From: Podarcis erhardii
Taxonomy: Eukaryota
Assembly (NCBI GenBank): GCA_964252035.1
Contig: OZ176211.1
Reading direction: 5' to 3' (one strand)
DNA length: 64,000 bases
A program made the position numbers and the translations under genes. The notes under the pieces were generated by a model, which worked only from the letters and a program-made list of their open reading frames with translations, was not told the DNA's origin and did not search any database. Shown piece by piece: positions 1 to 13,364 of the stretch; within the stretch, counting starts at the first letter, position 1; each line of letters opens with the position of its first letter.

Positions 1-49
1 GGTTAGCGGAGTCTGTAACCTGAAGCGTATGTAACCTGAGGTACCACTG
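1..49. mobile_element. Right end of a Tc1/mariner (pogo/Tigger-like) MITE, family T1, truncated by the window edge
   Basis: Ends in GAGGTACCACTG followed by TA; same sequence as the ends of the complete copies at 9806, 30648 and 39059. Confidence 0.85.
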
Positions 50-866
50 TACATCTGAAAAGACTGAAAAGACAGTCCTGCTTCAGTTAAGAAGATGTAT
101 TTTTGCTATTTTAACATGGGGGGAGGGGAATCAACCAGGGCTTCAGCAAACATTTTAAAAAACATGTTAGATATCCATTGCTCTCTGGCTCAAGGTTGTT
201 TATCACTTCCTTAAACTAAAATTCATAAAATGAGATAAATTAACAGTCATGCCTCAGGGCAGAAAATTGCCAGGCTGGGGGTTCTCTAGACATGACTTCT
301 GAAAAATCTGTGCAATGTTCCAAATCTTTCAGTAGTGCAAATACATTGCCCATCAGGTTTTAATAAGGAGGCGGTGTTATTTTTAAAAAAGGACCAGCAA
401 CAAAGACACCGAAGCACTGGAATATATGTACTTTAGCAGCCTGTTATTACAGTAGTGAATTGAAACAGCAGCTGGACCTCTTTTGCCGGAAACATGCTTT
501 TAATACCAGTTACAATTGCATGACCAAACATTCAATGCCCCCATGCTCTTGACCACAGTTAAGAGATTGTAAATGGGCTAAAGGATGTCTACTTCCTCCT
601 GATTAATGTTTCTCTCAGAAGTGAACTTCCCCTTTTCCATCTGTGATTAGCAATTACATTAGCATGAACATTAAGCCAAACCAGGGTATCATTTAACCAA
701 GAATTGAAACAAATTTTAGCACTTCACCCTGGTTTCAAATCCTACCTAAGTGGGAATTCTGCTTTTCATTCATGCTTAACACCGCAGTTAAAGAGGGATA
801 GTGAAATTCCCTTCCAAGAGGGTGGGTCTTTTGTATTTCTGCACTGAGCCTCTGTGGAATCATATA

Positions 867-1233
867 AAGGTAAAGGTAAAGGTACCCCTGCCCATACGGG
901 CCAGTCGTGACTGACTCTGGGGTTGCGTGCTCATCTCGCTTAAGAGGCCAGGAGCCAGCGCTGTCCGAAGACACTTCCGGGTCACGTGGCCAGCGTGACG
1001 AAGCTGCTCTGGCGAGTCAGCACCAGCGCAGCGCATGGAAACGCCGTTACCTTCCCGCTATAAAGCGGTACCTATTTATCTACTTGCACTTAGGGGTGCT
1101 TTCTAACTGCTAGGTGGACAGGAGCTGGGACCGAATGACGGGAGCTCACCCCGCCGCGGGGATTCGAACCGCCGACCATACGATCGGCAAGTCCTAGGCA
1201 CTGAGGTTTTACCCACAGCGCCACCCGCGTCCC
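867..1233 (-). mobile_element. Sauria SINE (Squam1/POM-type), full length
   Basis: Minus strand starts GGGACGCGGGTGGCGCTGTGG (A box), has GGTTCGAATCC (B box) and ends in an (ACCTTT)n tail. 14-bp TSD TGTGGAATCATATA at 853-866 and 1235-1248. Confidence 0.9.
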
Positions 1234-2207
1234 ATGTGGAATCATATAGTTATACTCAATTTTTGTTTTGAATAACAATAATTCATATGCCCAACTGTGG
1301 ACATGCGCAGCTTTGCAGTTTATGTGGGTATAGCTTTTCTATTTGAAGAAAGCTGTAAAGCGAAAACTAGGCTTTAACATGAAAAATGTTACACCAACAT
1401 AAGGACACAATATGAGAGAGAGAAAATGAAAATTACATTGGTTTTCTGTGTTCATGGACCTTTTTCTCCCAACCTGTAACATGCTGATAATGCATTAAAG
1501 TAATTGCCGCACAGCTGTATCCTCCAACAATGGATGCATAGAAGTTTCTCTGCACCAAAAGAGCAAGTCATCTATTTATTTTAGGCATTAGGGTACCCAA
1601 ATTAGTTAATTTATCCTACACTCGGTAAATTAATATTCCCATTTTGGGAAATATTTAAGTAGTCAGCATTCAGTATGCTTGACCTTACTTTGAAGCCTGA
1701 AAAGAGAGTTAATATCTTTTGCCAGAGTTATGTACCAATCACTGCAACTATTAAACATGGTTGCTAACTTGAAGTTACCTGAACATGAAAAAAAAGTTTG
1801 ATTAAACATCCCTTTATTTTAAGTGGCATGCATCCATACTAGATGGAAAAAATATACTGCTGTTCCAATATATTTGCACCATCATTTATGTCTTTTTATT
1901 TATGGACTAGGAATAATCACTAGAAGCTGTCCAGGCTCCAACTGCCTAGGGATGAAGAATAAAAGTCTGCATTTTATATTTCCTTGCTAATAATTCAAGA
2001 GGTGGCAACTATTTCATTTGACAGGCAAGTAGTGACTCACTGTGCTCCAGCTCATTCTTTTGTTCCTATTTATGCTCAGAAATCAAAGCTTGGATGATTT
2101 CCAATCATATGTAGAAAAATAACTTCTTCCAGGGAAGTTTGGTCTGCACCTATTTCCATAGCTATCTCATAGCTGGGATAACCTGTATTATTACCATTAT
2201 CTAGACG

Positions 2208-3201
2208 CAAACTACGGCAAGTTCTTATAGAAATGGGAGTGCCTGATCACCTCATCTGTCTCCTGAGAAATCTCTATGTGGGACAAGAAGCTACAGTTAG
2301 AACTGGATATGGAACAATTGATTGGTTCAAAATTGGGAAAGGAGTACGGCAAGGCTGTATATTGTCTCGCAGTTTCTTTAACTTATATGCAGAATTCATC
2401 ATGCGAAAGGCCGGGCTGGATGAATCCCAAGCCAGAATTAAGATCGCCGGAAGAAATATCAACAACCTCAGATATGCAGATGACATAACCTTGATGGCAG
2501 AAAGTGAGGAGGAATTAAAGAACCTTTTAATGAGGGTGAAAGAGGAGAGTGCAAAATATGGTCTGAAGCTCAACATCAAAAAAATGAAGATCATGGCCGC
2601 TGGGCCCATCACCTCCTTGCAAATAGAAGGGGAAGAAATGGAGGCAGTGAGAGATTTTACTTTCTTCGGCTCCATGATCACTGCAAATGGTGACAGCAGT
2701 CACGAAATTAAAAGACGCCTGCTCCTTGGGAGAAAGGCGATGGCAAACCTAGACAGCATCTTAAAAAGCAGAGACATTACCTTGCCAACAAAGGTCCGTA
2801 TAGTTAAAGCCATGGTTTTCCCAGTAGTGATGTATGGAAGTGAGAGCTGGACCATAAAGAAGGCAGATCGCCGAAGAATTGATGCTTTTGAATTATGGTG
2901 CTGGAGGAGACTCTTGAGAGTCCCATGGACTGCAAGAAGATCAAACCTCTCCATTCGTAAGGAAATCAGCCCTGAGTGCTCACTAGAAGGACAGATTGTG
3001 AAGCTGAGGCTCCAATACTTTGGCCACCTCATGAGAAGACTCCCTGGAAAAGACCCTGATGTTGGGAAAGATAGAGGGCACAAGGAGAAGGGGGCGACAG
3101 ACCAAACTGCGGGAGGCAGTGGAAGACAGGAGTGCCTGGCGTGCTCTGGTCCATGGGGTCACGAAGAGTCGGACATGACTAAACAACTAAACAACAACAA
3201 A
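2208..3201 (+). mobile_element. 5'-truncated Bov-B (RTE-clade) LINE with C-terminal reverse-transcriptase region
   Basis: ORF 2233-3207 contains VRQGCILS and NLRYADD RT motifs; CAA-repeat tail. Compared with the copy at 54126 it lacks 5 nt (frameshift near 3040) and about 48 nt near 3100, so it is defective. Confidence 0.92.
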
Positions 3202-3210
3202 GCCTAACCC

Positions 3211-3319
3211 AGTACCCTTCAGATGTTACTGAATGACAACTCCCATCAGTTCCAATGGTCAGGGATGATGGGAGTTGAACTCCAGCAACATTTGGAGGGC
3301 CACAAGTTTCCCACTCCTG
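3211..3319. mobile_element. Degenerate hAT (Charlie-like) MITE remnant
   Basis: Core ACAACTCCCATCA...GATGATGGGAGTTG and right end GGAGGGCCACAAGTTTCCCACTCCTG, shared with the intact copies at 37631 and 54437. Confidence 0.6.
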
Positions 3320-4805
3320 ATTTACATGAACACAGCTGAATGGGTTTATTATTATTATTATTATTAATAATAATTTTGCCTCTACTATTGTTACAGTCAC
3401 AGTTTGAAGAAATTAGATGCACAAATAAAGCATACAGCTAGTTAAAGTAAAATTGACAGCTAAATAAAACAATAAATAAATAATAAATAAAACACATATA
3501 AATGTGTATCCCCCGACTCAACAATAACAACAAAAAAGGCCAGGCATAAACATAGAATATGTATCCACTTTATAAGACAAAGTTAACCCTTAACTGTATA
3601 ATACTCGTAATTGGCCATTATTACTATATTTAAACTTATAATATACAAGTGTAGAATTCAACTCATTATATTTGGATATAAAGGCTCTGATCTTTAGGCT
3701 CTGATCTCCACATTTAGTCCACGGAGCTCACTTCTGAATAGACAGCTATAAGACTGCACTGCCGATTAATTACTTTTTTTCCCACTCACGTTTTCAAAGG
3801 ATAACTTAAGAATGAAATGCGGGGTTCTCAGTCATATAAAGAGCCTTGCAGACCACTGCCCATCTCTGCTTTCAAGACTGAAACACAGCAAATCATCACT
3901 ATACTGGCACCCCCCTCTTCCCACCACCCATCAAAACAAGCAACATTTTCTTTTTGTCCTAGCTGTATTGAGCACATTCCATTGAGAGTAAATGACAGAG
4001 ATTGCTTCATTATGTTTTTCTCTGATTACTATTGAATACTTCTCCAAGTTCATTGACTTAAGATTGGGACACGTTGGCCAGGAAGCCTTGCAATCTAAGC
4101 TTCCGAATTAATTTTGGCTGGCGGCTGGCGTCCACATCCCTTTTTTGGTACAAAAATAAAGATGCTAGTAATGTGCTAGAAAGAAATCTTGCATTTCTGT
4201 GCCAGTATTGGCTTGCTTTACTTCCAACAGAAGCCATAAACAATTCATACAGGCCAAAAATAGTGCGATAAGTAAGGAGCCTTTGGAAGCTTGGAGCTTA
4301 TAAAATAGAAAGAGAATTAGGCTGCAAACCTGGGAGCAAACTCAGCAGGGTTTACTTCTGAGCACACATGCATGGAATTGTGGTATTACTGTGCAGTTTC
4401 CTTTTGTTCCTTTAGTCCCACCCACTACATGGATGTGGCCGGTGGAAGGTTCCACACAAGAAGTCAGGTATCAAACAGAAAATGGTTCCCAAACACTGGC
4501 TTATATGAAGTGACTGGGCGAGGTCAGATGCATTAGCGCTCGGTGCCATCAATATGCCATATGAGTCAGTCTATGAAGGCGCTGAATTGCTGTCTGGACA
4601 CTGTAACAGATTAGATGAGGGACAATAACTGAGACTGAATCCAACAAGATGGAAGTTCTGTGGTTGGCAGTTCTCATGTCTGGGACTTGGGCAAATTACC
4701 TGGCGGAGATGGAATGGTACTCTCTTTAAAGCAGGAGGTGTGTATTCTGGGATTACTCCAAATCCATCTGGAGGCCCAAGTGACTCCAAAGTTCTGTTGG
4801 CCAAC

Positions 4806-4980
4806 TATGAGTGACACACAAGCTACAGCTGTTCCTGAAAAGAGGTACCTTGGCCACAGTAGTCTGTGCTCGATTAACCTATTGGTCACTGCAATGCGTT
4901 CCATGTGGGGCTGTCTTTGAAGATGACATAGAAGTTACAGCTAACACAGAATACAGCAGTGAAGCTGCTTAATGGAACTG
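4806..4980 (+). mobile_element. Old L2 LINE RT fragment
   Basis: Degenerate match to the LATVIHA..SRLDYCN..GLPL..KLQ..QNAA segment seen intact in the L2 copy at 60915-62393. Confidence 0.55.
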
Positions 4981-6546
4981 TGTCGGCCTTGGTTGCCCTA
5001 ATGGATGACCTCTGTAGAAAGTAGGGTGGGGCTGCCTGTATTTTTTTTTTTCAAAAAAATGATATCACTCTTAAATGGCAGCTAAAGCTTCCTTTTCTTG
5101 CTCTTTAATGTTTTACAAAAAACAGTGGTCCCGATCTGGTCTAACCAAACACTAAACTATATTCTGCATTTAACTTACGCTTCTATTCTCTAAATGTCCT
5201 AATTATTCTTACTTAAACTGCTTTTAAGACTTATTAACATCAATGAAAGTACTACATGCGTAATTATTATCAAGGACATGAAACAATATAGCATACAGAT
5301 GCAAATATACCATATCAGTGCATGCTAATACATAATTAAAAATACATCTTCCACTATTATTAATGACAAAGCCAAGGAAATGCAAGGAGAGATTTCCTTT
5401 CACACAAGAAAACCATGACAACTTCAAACTGCAAGCTGATGTTACAGCCTCATAGTGACACTGCAATAAAAGCAATAATAAAAGTATTTGCTTGTTCTGT
5501 TTAAAGATGATACACAGATACAATGCAAGCAGGATAAACATTATTTGTATTTTAGTAGCCTAGGGCTATTCACAGCAACTGCCAAAGCTACAATTTCAGA
5601 CAGCAAAAACACAGTATTACTGTGCAAAGACCCATTGTGTAGCCTTCATTGTTCCTTCCAGCCATCTGCTCCATGCAATAGATTAATGCTACACCTTCAT
5701 GAAAGAGCTCTTTTATTTGATGCTGATCAAGTTACATTTTCATCCTTAAAGAGGTGTGACCTCAGTTGCGTGACCAAACTGTTCCATGTTTACTTAGATT
5801 TGTTGCTTGTGTGATTAGTTTAAATGAATCATTACTAAATATTGGTGGCGGTGTTTTACTTAAAAGATAGCCATTTCACTCCACTATCACCTCACGTTTT
5901 AATGTTCCCTGATATTTTATTTATGCACAATACACATGCTCATTTCACAGGCTTTTGAACACAAGCATCAATAATATTCTATGGCCTTCCCTCAGAATTT
6001 CTGTTCTGTACAATTTGTATTATAAAATATACTCACTAAGTCTCTCCTGAAGAGCAGCTTCTGCATCTACAAGACTTTTAGATTACTACAAAACATTGTA
6101 AGTGGGGTTTTGAAAACTACTCAAAAACTTCAATTAGTTCAGAATATGGTGGCTAGATATTCGATTGGAACTAGCTGACTGGATCATATTGCACCACGAT
6201 TCAAAAACCTGCACTGCTTCCAATTTGTCCCCAGGAATTCAATCTGCCAGTTTTAATCTATAAATCTCAAATTGCTTGGGATCAGGCTATGTAATTCACC
6301 AAAAACTATCTATGCTTTGAGACCCTGGTGGACTGTCAAGTGTTCACATCACAATGCAAGCACTGGCCAACTTCACACACTGCCAACTAGGTTGCTAAAA
6401 AAAACTTTGAACGAACTGTCTGTAGCCATGATTTGTTTCCCAGACCCACAGAACAATCTGGAAAAAAATGTTTTCTGTTGGTCATTGCTAATTTAAAAAC
6501 AGACAAGTCCAGAAAAGGTTCCTCACAACTTGCTCTAACATCTATA

Positions 6547-7419
6547 TGAAGGTACTGGGGGAGGTCATGAGGAGTTGCGTACCCTGACAGTTCCCCGTCC
6601 CCCAGGAGCCAGGCCTCAGGTAAATGAGTAGACATGACAACATATTTGGGATTAAAATGGCCACAACTTTATTGAATTCAGATGTAGGTAAACCTTGGCA
6701 TAGGCACTGGGCATGTATCCCTTTCAGCCCCTTGCTGGGGGTCTGAGGCATGACAGGGTCATTTGGGGGGAAGATGGGACCAACGCAAAACACGTGTTTA
6801 TGCAGTTGATCCCTCTCCAAATTGCTATGGGGGGCTCTATGGCCCACCCATTGTGCGCTTGTGAACAGAGACTCCCCTCATGACTCCTCGAATGAAGTAT
6901 CCTGTTACTGCTGCCGAAGGAAACGGGTAAGTCTTTTCTATAGATGTTAGGCTAAAGGATTCTGTCCCAAGACCTAAACTGCCAAAGTTGTGACAATTGC
7001 TATGAGGAAGGAAAATTCCTTCCCGGCCCTACAAAAACAGCAACCATCGTTAAGACCATATCTGGAAATAAAAATGGTTAGCCTGCAAGAAAGAGAGAGA
7101 TGAGAGGGTGGGCTGGGCGGGTGGTGCTCTGGGACTGACTGTGCTGCCAAGAGCAGCGCCGGACACCTTTTAACCATTTCAAGCGGAGCAGAGCCTCCAC
7201 CCGCATGGTCCGCCCCACAGGTTGCTGCACAAGACCAGAAATTACAAATCTGGGTTTGGCAGGAACCCCGCAGGCACTGCAGCGACCAGGGAAGAGAAAC
7301 TAATGGGGAAAACATGACATGCCTTCGCACTGATGGGGGAGGCATCGCGATGGGCCGCCCATGGCTGTATGGGGTAAGCGGACAATTTGGAGCATCGCGT
7401 CACCAGTATTCTGATAACA
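6547..7419 (-). mobile_element. Putative solo LTR (about 870 bp)
   Basis: GC-rich block with TG...CA termini. On the minus strand, in U3-R-U5 order: GC box (GGGGCGG), TTAAAA near 7170, AATAAA at 6668-6673. No clean TSD. Confidence 0.45.
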
Positions 7420-9742
7420 CGTAGTTCTAGTTCTCATTATCATCAGAAATAGATGCTTGGAAACAGTTATATTGCTCATTTCCCTGGTGTGGAGAGATCC
7501 TTCTGAAGCCGTCTGAAATCCAAGTTTGCTTTTACTACCATAATAATTTGGTGTAATCCACAAACTTGTCCACTTCACTGCTCACTCTAACTCCAGATGA
7601 TTCATGGATAAGTTTAAAAGTACTATCCCCCAATACAGATCCTTGGGGTGCCCCACCTCTTACATCTTTATTAGTGTGAGTTGATGGAAAAGGGAGAGGA
7701 AGAATGCTAGAGAGATAAGGACGGAAGCTTTGCTCAACTTGTTAATAAACATATTGCAAAGGAGTGCTGTTTTTTAACTTTGCCATCCTTCAAATGCTGT
7801 GGGACGGCAATGAATATACGCTTTTATACTTCACAGAAAACATTACAAACAAGAAAATCTTTGTACTAGAAACCTTTGAGCCTATGCTACACTGGAAACA
7901 CTGGAATGAATGTGCACAATGAACACAGAAACAGGGTTGTGCTCTCTCACTAAAAGTAAGGGTTTTGTTCTGCAATTTGGTGCATTTGGTGCTCTTGTAT
8001 TCTGTAGTATTTTTATATATGATAAGTCAAATAAACGTGCATTCTCCAAGTACGGAAACATTCCCAGCTGCTAAGGAAAAAGGCCCCAGCATTCAAGGAT
8101 TGTTGAATCATGGGAAGGGGTGAATTCTTACACACCTGCGACCTGCAAGATATGGCTTGCTCCTATTTTGAGTGCTGTTTAAAATTAGGAAGCAGATTCC
8201 ATGCAAGTTTTGAATATAGCTTATTAAACTGCTTCATTTTCACTAGTCAGGTTGACATGTGTTTTGTAACAGTTGTCATTTATACTGAGCCTATGGAATA
8301 CGACCAGAGGAATGCTAAACTATATTACTACATATGAAACAAAGGCATTTGTCCAGGGTATAAAAAGATTATTGTTCGCCAGTAGACATAGTTAGGACTT
8401 CTCACTGGGAAGGCCAACTCTAAATACTCGACTACTGGCTAGCAAGGTGCAACATCCCAGAATAGAAACAGCTTGGATAACTCAGTAAGAGATAATAAGA
8501 GACAATAAGAGATCTGAATTTAAGCTGACCACTGATTTGTTACTGGGGCAGAGAGTCACATGGCCAATCCAGGCAGGGCTGAGAGAAACTGCTGTTTGAA
8601 GTCCTAAACAGCTGCTGCTGATCAGCACAGTCAACACTGAACAAAATGGGCGAAAGTGAGCCCTTCCGCTTATCTTCTCTCTTTCTCCTTATAGAGTTCA
8701 GTGGCAACAGCACGCACTGTTAAGAACTATGCTGTCTCAGATGAAGAACCCATCTAGCATTGCATCCCACTTTCCACAGTGGCCACGCAATTGCCTCTGG
8801 GCAGCTCACAAGCAGGATATGAGAGCAATAGTCCTCTTTAAGTGCTTGGTTTCCCAGCAACTGGTTTCCAGAGGCAAGATGTCCCTGATTCCAGACACAA
8901 TACTCTCCCGAATACTACAGCTATATACAGTACAGTGCTCACACTATATACATCTGTATAAAGGTACAAGGCTCACTGTTTTTACATTGCAATCTTTACA
9001 TAGGGAATTTCAGATGAAGTGGACTGTGCAGAGTGGCTGCAAGAGGATGGAAAAAAATGAATGCAGGAAGAGGAGGAGCAATGCATTCTATTCTATATAT
9101 TGCTGCTTTTTATGGGGTTAGGTGGGCCTTAGATCTTTCCACAATGATGCAGAAAAAGAACCACAAATTTGGAATTCTCAGGGTCCAAAAGCAATTCTGC
9201 AGACTTGCTTGAGTGCTGGGAATATTTAAAAACAAAACAAAACAAAACCACACAACTCTTAGGGTTGTCTCCAACTACTCTGAATAGACCCAATGAAATT
9301 AATGGACCTAAGTTAGTCATACCTTTTAATCTCAGTGGGTTGAGTCTTCGTAAAACTTTTAAAAAACAACTTGTAGTATTAATGCTGTTACTACTGCTAC
9401 TAAGAATAAGCCTGATGTCGTTTATATAGGTCATGCTCCTTACAAGCTACTTGTTTCATAAGAATTTTTTTCCTCTATGAACACTCTTTACAATATTGTA
9501 GACAAATACTCTCCCCCAGCACACTCTGCTTATCCAGTATATGAGGCAAATATTGAACGAAAACATACATATTTCAGTCTATGAAAAGTGGGCAGAGGTG
9601 GAAGCATAAGCCTCACTTGGATATAAAAAATTATGATGATCTTAAATCCTGAAAACATGATACCACTACACACACCTAGTAGATTTTTCTTGCATGAACA
9701 CCACACAAGTGTAAGTTTCTGAATCATTTCATCTCTGTGGAC

Positions 9743-11563
9743 TAGGGCTGGGCGATAACTGGATATCAATATTGTAATATATCACCAGCTAAACCTAGCG
9801 ATATACAGTGGTACCTCGGGTTAAGTACTTAATTCGTTCCGGAGGTCTGTTCTTAACCTGAAGCACCACTTTAGCTAATGGGGCCTCCTGCTGCTGCTGC
9901 CGCGCTGCTGGAGCATGATTTCTGTTCTCATCCTGAAGCAAAGTTCTTAACCCGAGGTACTATTTCTGGGTTAGCGGAGTCTGTAACCTGAAGCGTATGT
10001 AACCTGAAGTGTATGTAACCAGAGGTACCACTGTATCAATGTATCATGATATCTGAAATGAGGAAAGAACTACGTAGAGGCGAACAAGACAACGTCCTGG
10101 CAACTGCTACTACTTAACGGTCTAAAACTGAGAAATGATGATATTATCAATCACCTTATGGTCACTTTCAGCAGCAGGCAAGCCAAAATGCATCCAAATG
10201 AGACTTTTGGTTTTGGACTTGGCTACCAAACGGTGGCATTCAGGACAATCCAAAGTATGGCGATGAGTCATAGTGAGGACAAATAATCTGGGACTGCCAG
10301 ACTGAAAGCAAGCCTGCTAGGCAGCAGAAGCAACAGCAGCCTGGCGGCAGCAGACTCAACAATAACTGGGGGGGGGGGGGCAGAAGCAGCAGCAGCCTGG
10401 CAGCAGCGGCATAATAATCAGCAATCTGAAAAGCCACACCACAGTAATGGGCGGCAGCAGCCGCAGCCTGCGAGGCCTTGTCATGGTGGTGGCAGTAGTG
10501 GTGGCCTGCAAGCCTTGCAACAGTGGCAAAAGCGGCAATGGCCTGTAAAGCCTTGTCATGACAGTGGCAGTAGCAGTGGCCTGCAGGGCCTTGCGGTGGC
10601 GGCAGGAGATAGTGGCAGAAGCAGAGATGGTCTGCAAGGCCTCACTGAGGCAGCCTGTCACAACATCTGCCACCATATCCTACTACCTCCTGGAGGACTT
10701 GCAGGCTGCCACCACTTATTGCCTCCATGGCGAGGCCTCACAAGCCCCACTGCTTCTGTCACCATGAGGCCTCGCAGGATGCCGCTGCTATGGTCACCTC
10801 CTGTCACTGCCATGAGTCCCTGCAGGCCTCTGCCACGAGGACTCGCAGTCCACTGCCACCGCCACCGCTCCCTGTCACTGCTATGAGCCCTTGCAGGCCA
10901 CCACAGTTACTGCTGCCACTTCCCGTCACCGTTGCAAGAATTTGCAGGCCACCACTAATTGTGCTGCCACCGTGAGACCTTGCAGGTTTTCGCCACTACT
11001 GCCTACATGTACCGTGGTCATGGTAAGCTGTTTTTGCTACTGCTGCTTCTGCCTCCTAGCAGGTCTGCTGGCAGTCTCAGATTATTTGCATTCACTGTGA
11101 CTCATTGCCGTACTTTGAATTGTCCTGAATACCACCATTTGGTAGCCAAGCTCAAAAACAAAAGTCCTGTTGGGATGCCTTTTGGCTTGTCTGCTGATGA
11201 AACTGAGTCTGTAATGATTGATAATATTGCCATTTATCAGTTTAGACCCCTAAGTAGTAGCATTTGCTAGGGCATTGTCCTGTTCACCTCTGTAGAGTTC
11301 CATCCTTATTTCAGAGATTGTGGTAGATTGCAATGTTTAGCTGGTGATAACATTGCCATTTAGCTGGTGATATTGTGAGGTTTAGCTGCTGATAACACTG
11401 CAGTGTTTAGCTGGTGAGTTATCATGATGTTGAAAACCAGATATTGCTTAGCCCACATATTGTGATTTGCGCTATATTGCCACCTCAAACATTATGAAAC
11501 AATTATCACAATGTGAACTTCAAAACGGTTTTGGACGATATATTGATATATTGCCCAGCCCTA
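9743..11563. mobile_element. Non-autonomous hAT-like fold-back element with very long inverted arms
   Basis: TAGGGCTGGGC(G/A)ATA TIRs at both ends; 10050-10330 is the reverse complement of about 11040-11310; subterminal TTTAGCTGGTGA repeats; no transposase ORF; no clean TSD. Confidence 0.75.
9806..10033 (+). mobile_element. Tc1/mariner (pogo/Tigger-like) MITE, family T1, nested in the fold-back element
   Basis: TIRs CAGTGGTACCTC / GAGGTACCACTG with TA on both sides. Confidence 0.88.
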
Positions 11564-13005
11564 CCAAAGAAAATGTGGACAGAATATAAGAAAATAAAAG
11601 AACTTCCCCATATTACTGTGTGCACATGATCCAAAAGGAAAAGCAACAGAATATATAATAATTATGTGCAATCACAACATCAGGAGGACGTAGCTATCAA
11701 CAGCTGAATATTCAGCAGTGGCTGACAGCCTGCAATCTCTGTGCCTCAAAACCCACACAAGGATTTTGGAGAGAAACAGAGGTTTTCAGATTAGATTAAA
11801 GGGCTATGAATATGGAACAGGTGATGTCTTGAAAATTGGTTATTGTAATTAATCCTTTTTTGTTATGGACATTCATGACTTCACTGCAGTTGGGTATACT
11901 GTGCCGTCCTTGATCCCAGTATACAATGCAGCCATCCACCCACATTCATGCATTGCAGCTTTTGATCTCTGGCATCTCCACTAGCAAGGCTGGAACAGAC
12001 CTTTGCCAGAGACAGTTGCTGGCAGAGAAGTCAATACTAGGTTAAAATGGCCTGCTGACTTGCCTCTAAATAAAGTGATTCCTTGCTGCTTTGTATTTCA
12101 GGTACTTTGAGGGTCTATAAACCAAAGAGCACATAGGTTGATTTTGACTGAACATAAAGAAGACAAATTTGAAAAAGAAAGAAAAGATTTTGCTACCCGC
12201 CCTTTTTTCAAGAACAGAAAACTTCGCACTCAGCATAATGAGGGATGGGGTGGGGGACGGGACCAGAACAATGAATGGAAACTGCAAGGAAGCAAAGCTG
12301 ATAAATTTAGGACAACAGGCACAAACCTTGATTTTAGAAGCTGCAAAGAATATTATATAAAAATGGGTGTACTTATATATATTTGTGACAGTCAAATCAA
12401 GTGCCTGAGAGGTGTTCTCAGCTTACAAAAGCCTATGTCCCACATCTTTGCTGAACCACAAAAACATCTATGCACCAAAGCAGAAGAAAGAAATGGACTT
12501 TAAGTGCTTTGTCAGACACTGCACATTGGTATGGAGGAGAGACTGAGAGGGATCCTCCTATGAAGGTATCATAGATATTGCTGGAAGGAACCTTGGAGGT
12601 CATCTGGTCCAAACTTTGCTCAATGCAGCATCCCTGACAGATGGCTGTCTAGCCTCTGCTTACAATATCTGCAGCAAACAAGAGCCCAACACCTCCCAAG
12701 GCAGTCTGTTCTACTGTGAAATATCTGCTTACTATTAAGATGTTTCTCCTTACGTTCCATTGAAATCTGTTTCCTTGCAATTTCCACCCGTTGGTACAAA
12801 TTGTGCTCTCTGGCGCAATGGAGAATAAGTCTGCTCAATCTTCAGTAAAACAGACCTTCAGATATTTGAAGAGCCCTATCCTGTCCCATCCCCCTCCCCC
12901 ATAAAATTTGCCTATCCAGGGCGAAAGAAGCAAATATTAGTCATGGGAATTGGGTTTCCAGATCTCCTCACCATCCTGGTCACCCTTCTCTGCACATACA
13001 AAAAA

Positions 13006-13079
13006 GATTCCTGCATTGCAATGGGTTTGGACTTGATGACCCTCGGGGTACATTCCAACTCTGCAATTCTATGGTTCTA
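13006..13079 (+). mobile_element. Short CR1 3'-terminal fragment inserted in opposite orientation into the CR1 above
   Basis: GATTCCTGCATTGCA...GGACTTGATGACC...TTCCAACTCTGCAATTCTATGGTTCT matches the CR1 3' end also seen at 55362-55468. Confidence 0.65.
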
Positions 13080-13296
13080 CTCCAGTTTGTCAATGTCCTC
13101 CTTAAAATGTGTTTTGCGGAAATGGACACAATATTCAAGATGCAATGCTGAACAGAAGAGAAGTATTACTTTGTGATCTGGACCCTATGCTTCTGTTAAT
13201 GCTAGATTGCATTAGCCTTTTAAATCAGTAACATCACAATGCTGGCTCATGTACAGCTAAGACCAATTTACTGCTCCAAAGCCAGGTCTCCCACAT

Positions 13297-13364
13297 CCTG
13301 GACCTGGACCTGGACCTGGACTGTGTGTGTGTGTGTGCGCACACACACACACACACACACACAC
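13297..13364. repeat. (CCTGGA)4 followed by compound (TG)8-CG-(CA)n microsatellite
   Basis: Direct reading of the sequence. Confidence 0.9.

Noticed and set aside
1140-1233. tRNA-like A/B-box sequences (also at 28433 and 57516)
   Set aside because: These are SINE heads continuing into SINE body and tail; no complete cloverleaf.
6535-6950. 12-bp inverted repeat CTAACATCTATA / TATAGATGTTAG
   Set aside because: Short enough to arise by chance; no TSD, and it does not match the element boundaries.
10240-11270. Cluster of Ala/Thr/Pro/Cys-rich ORFs
   Set aside because: Translation artefacts of the GC-rich minisatellite in the fold-back element.
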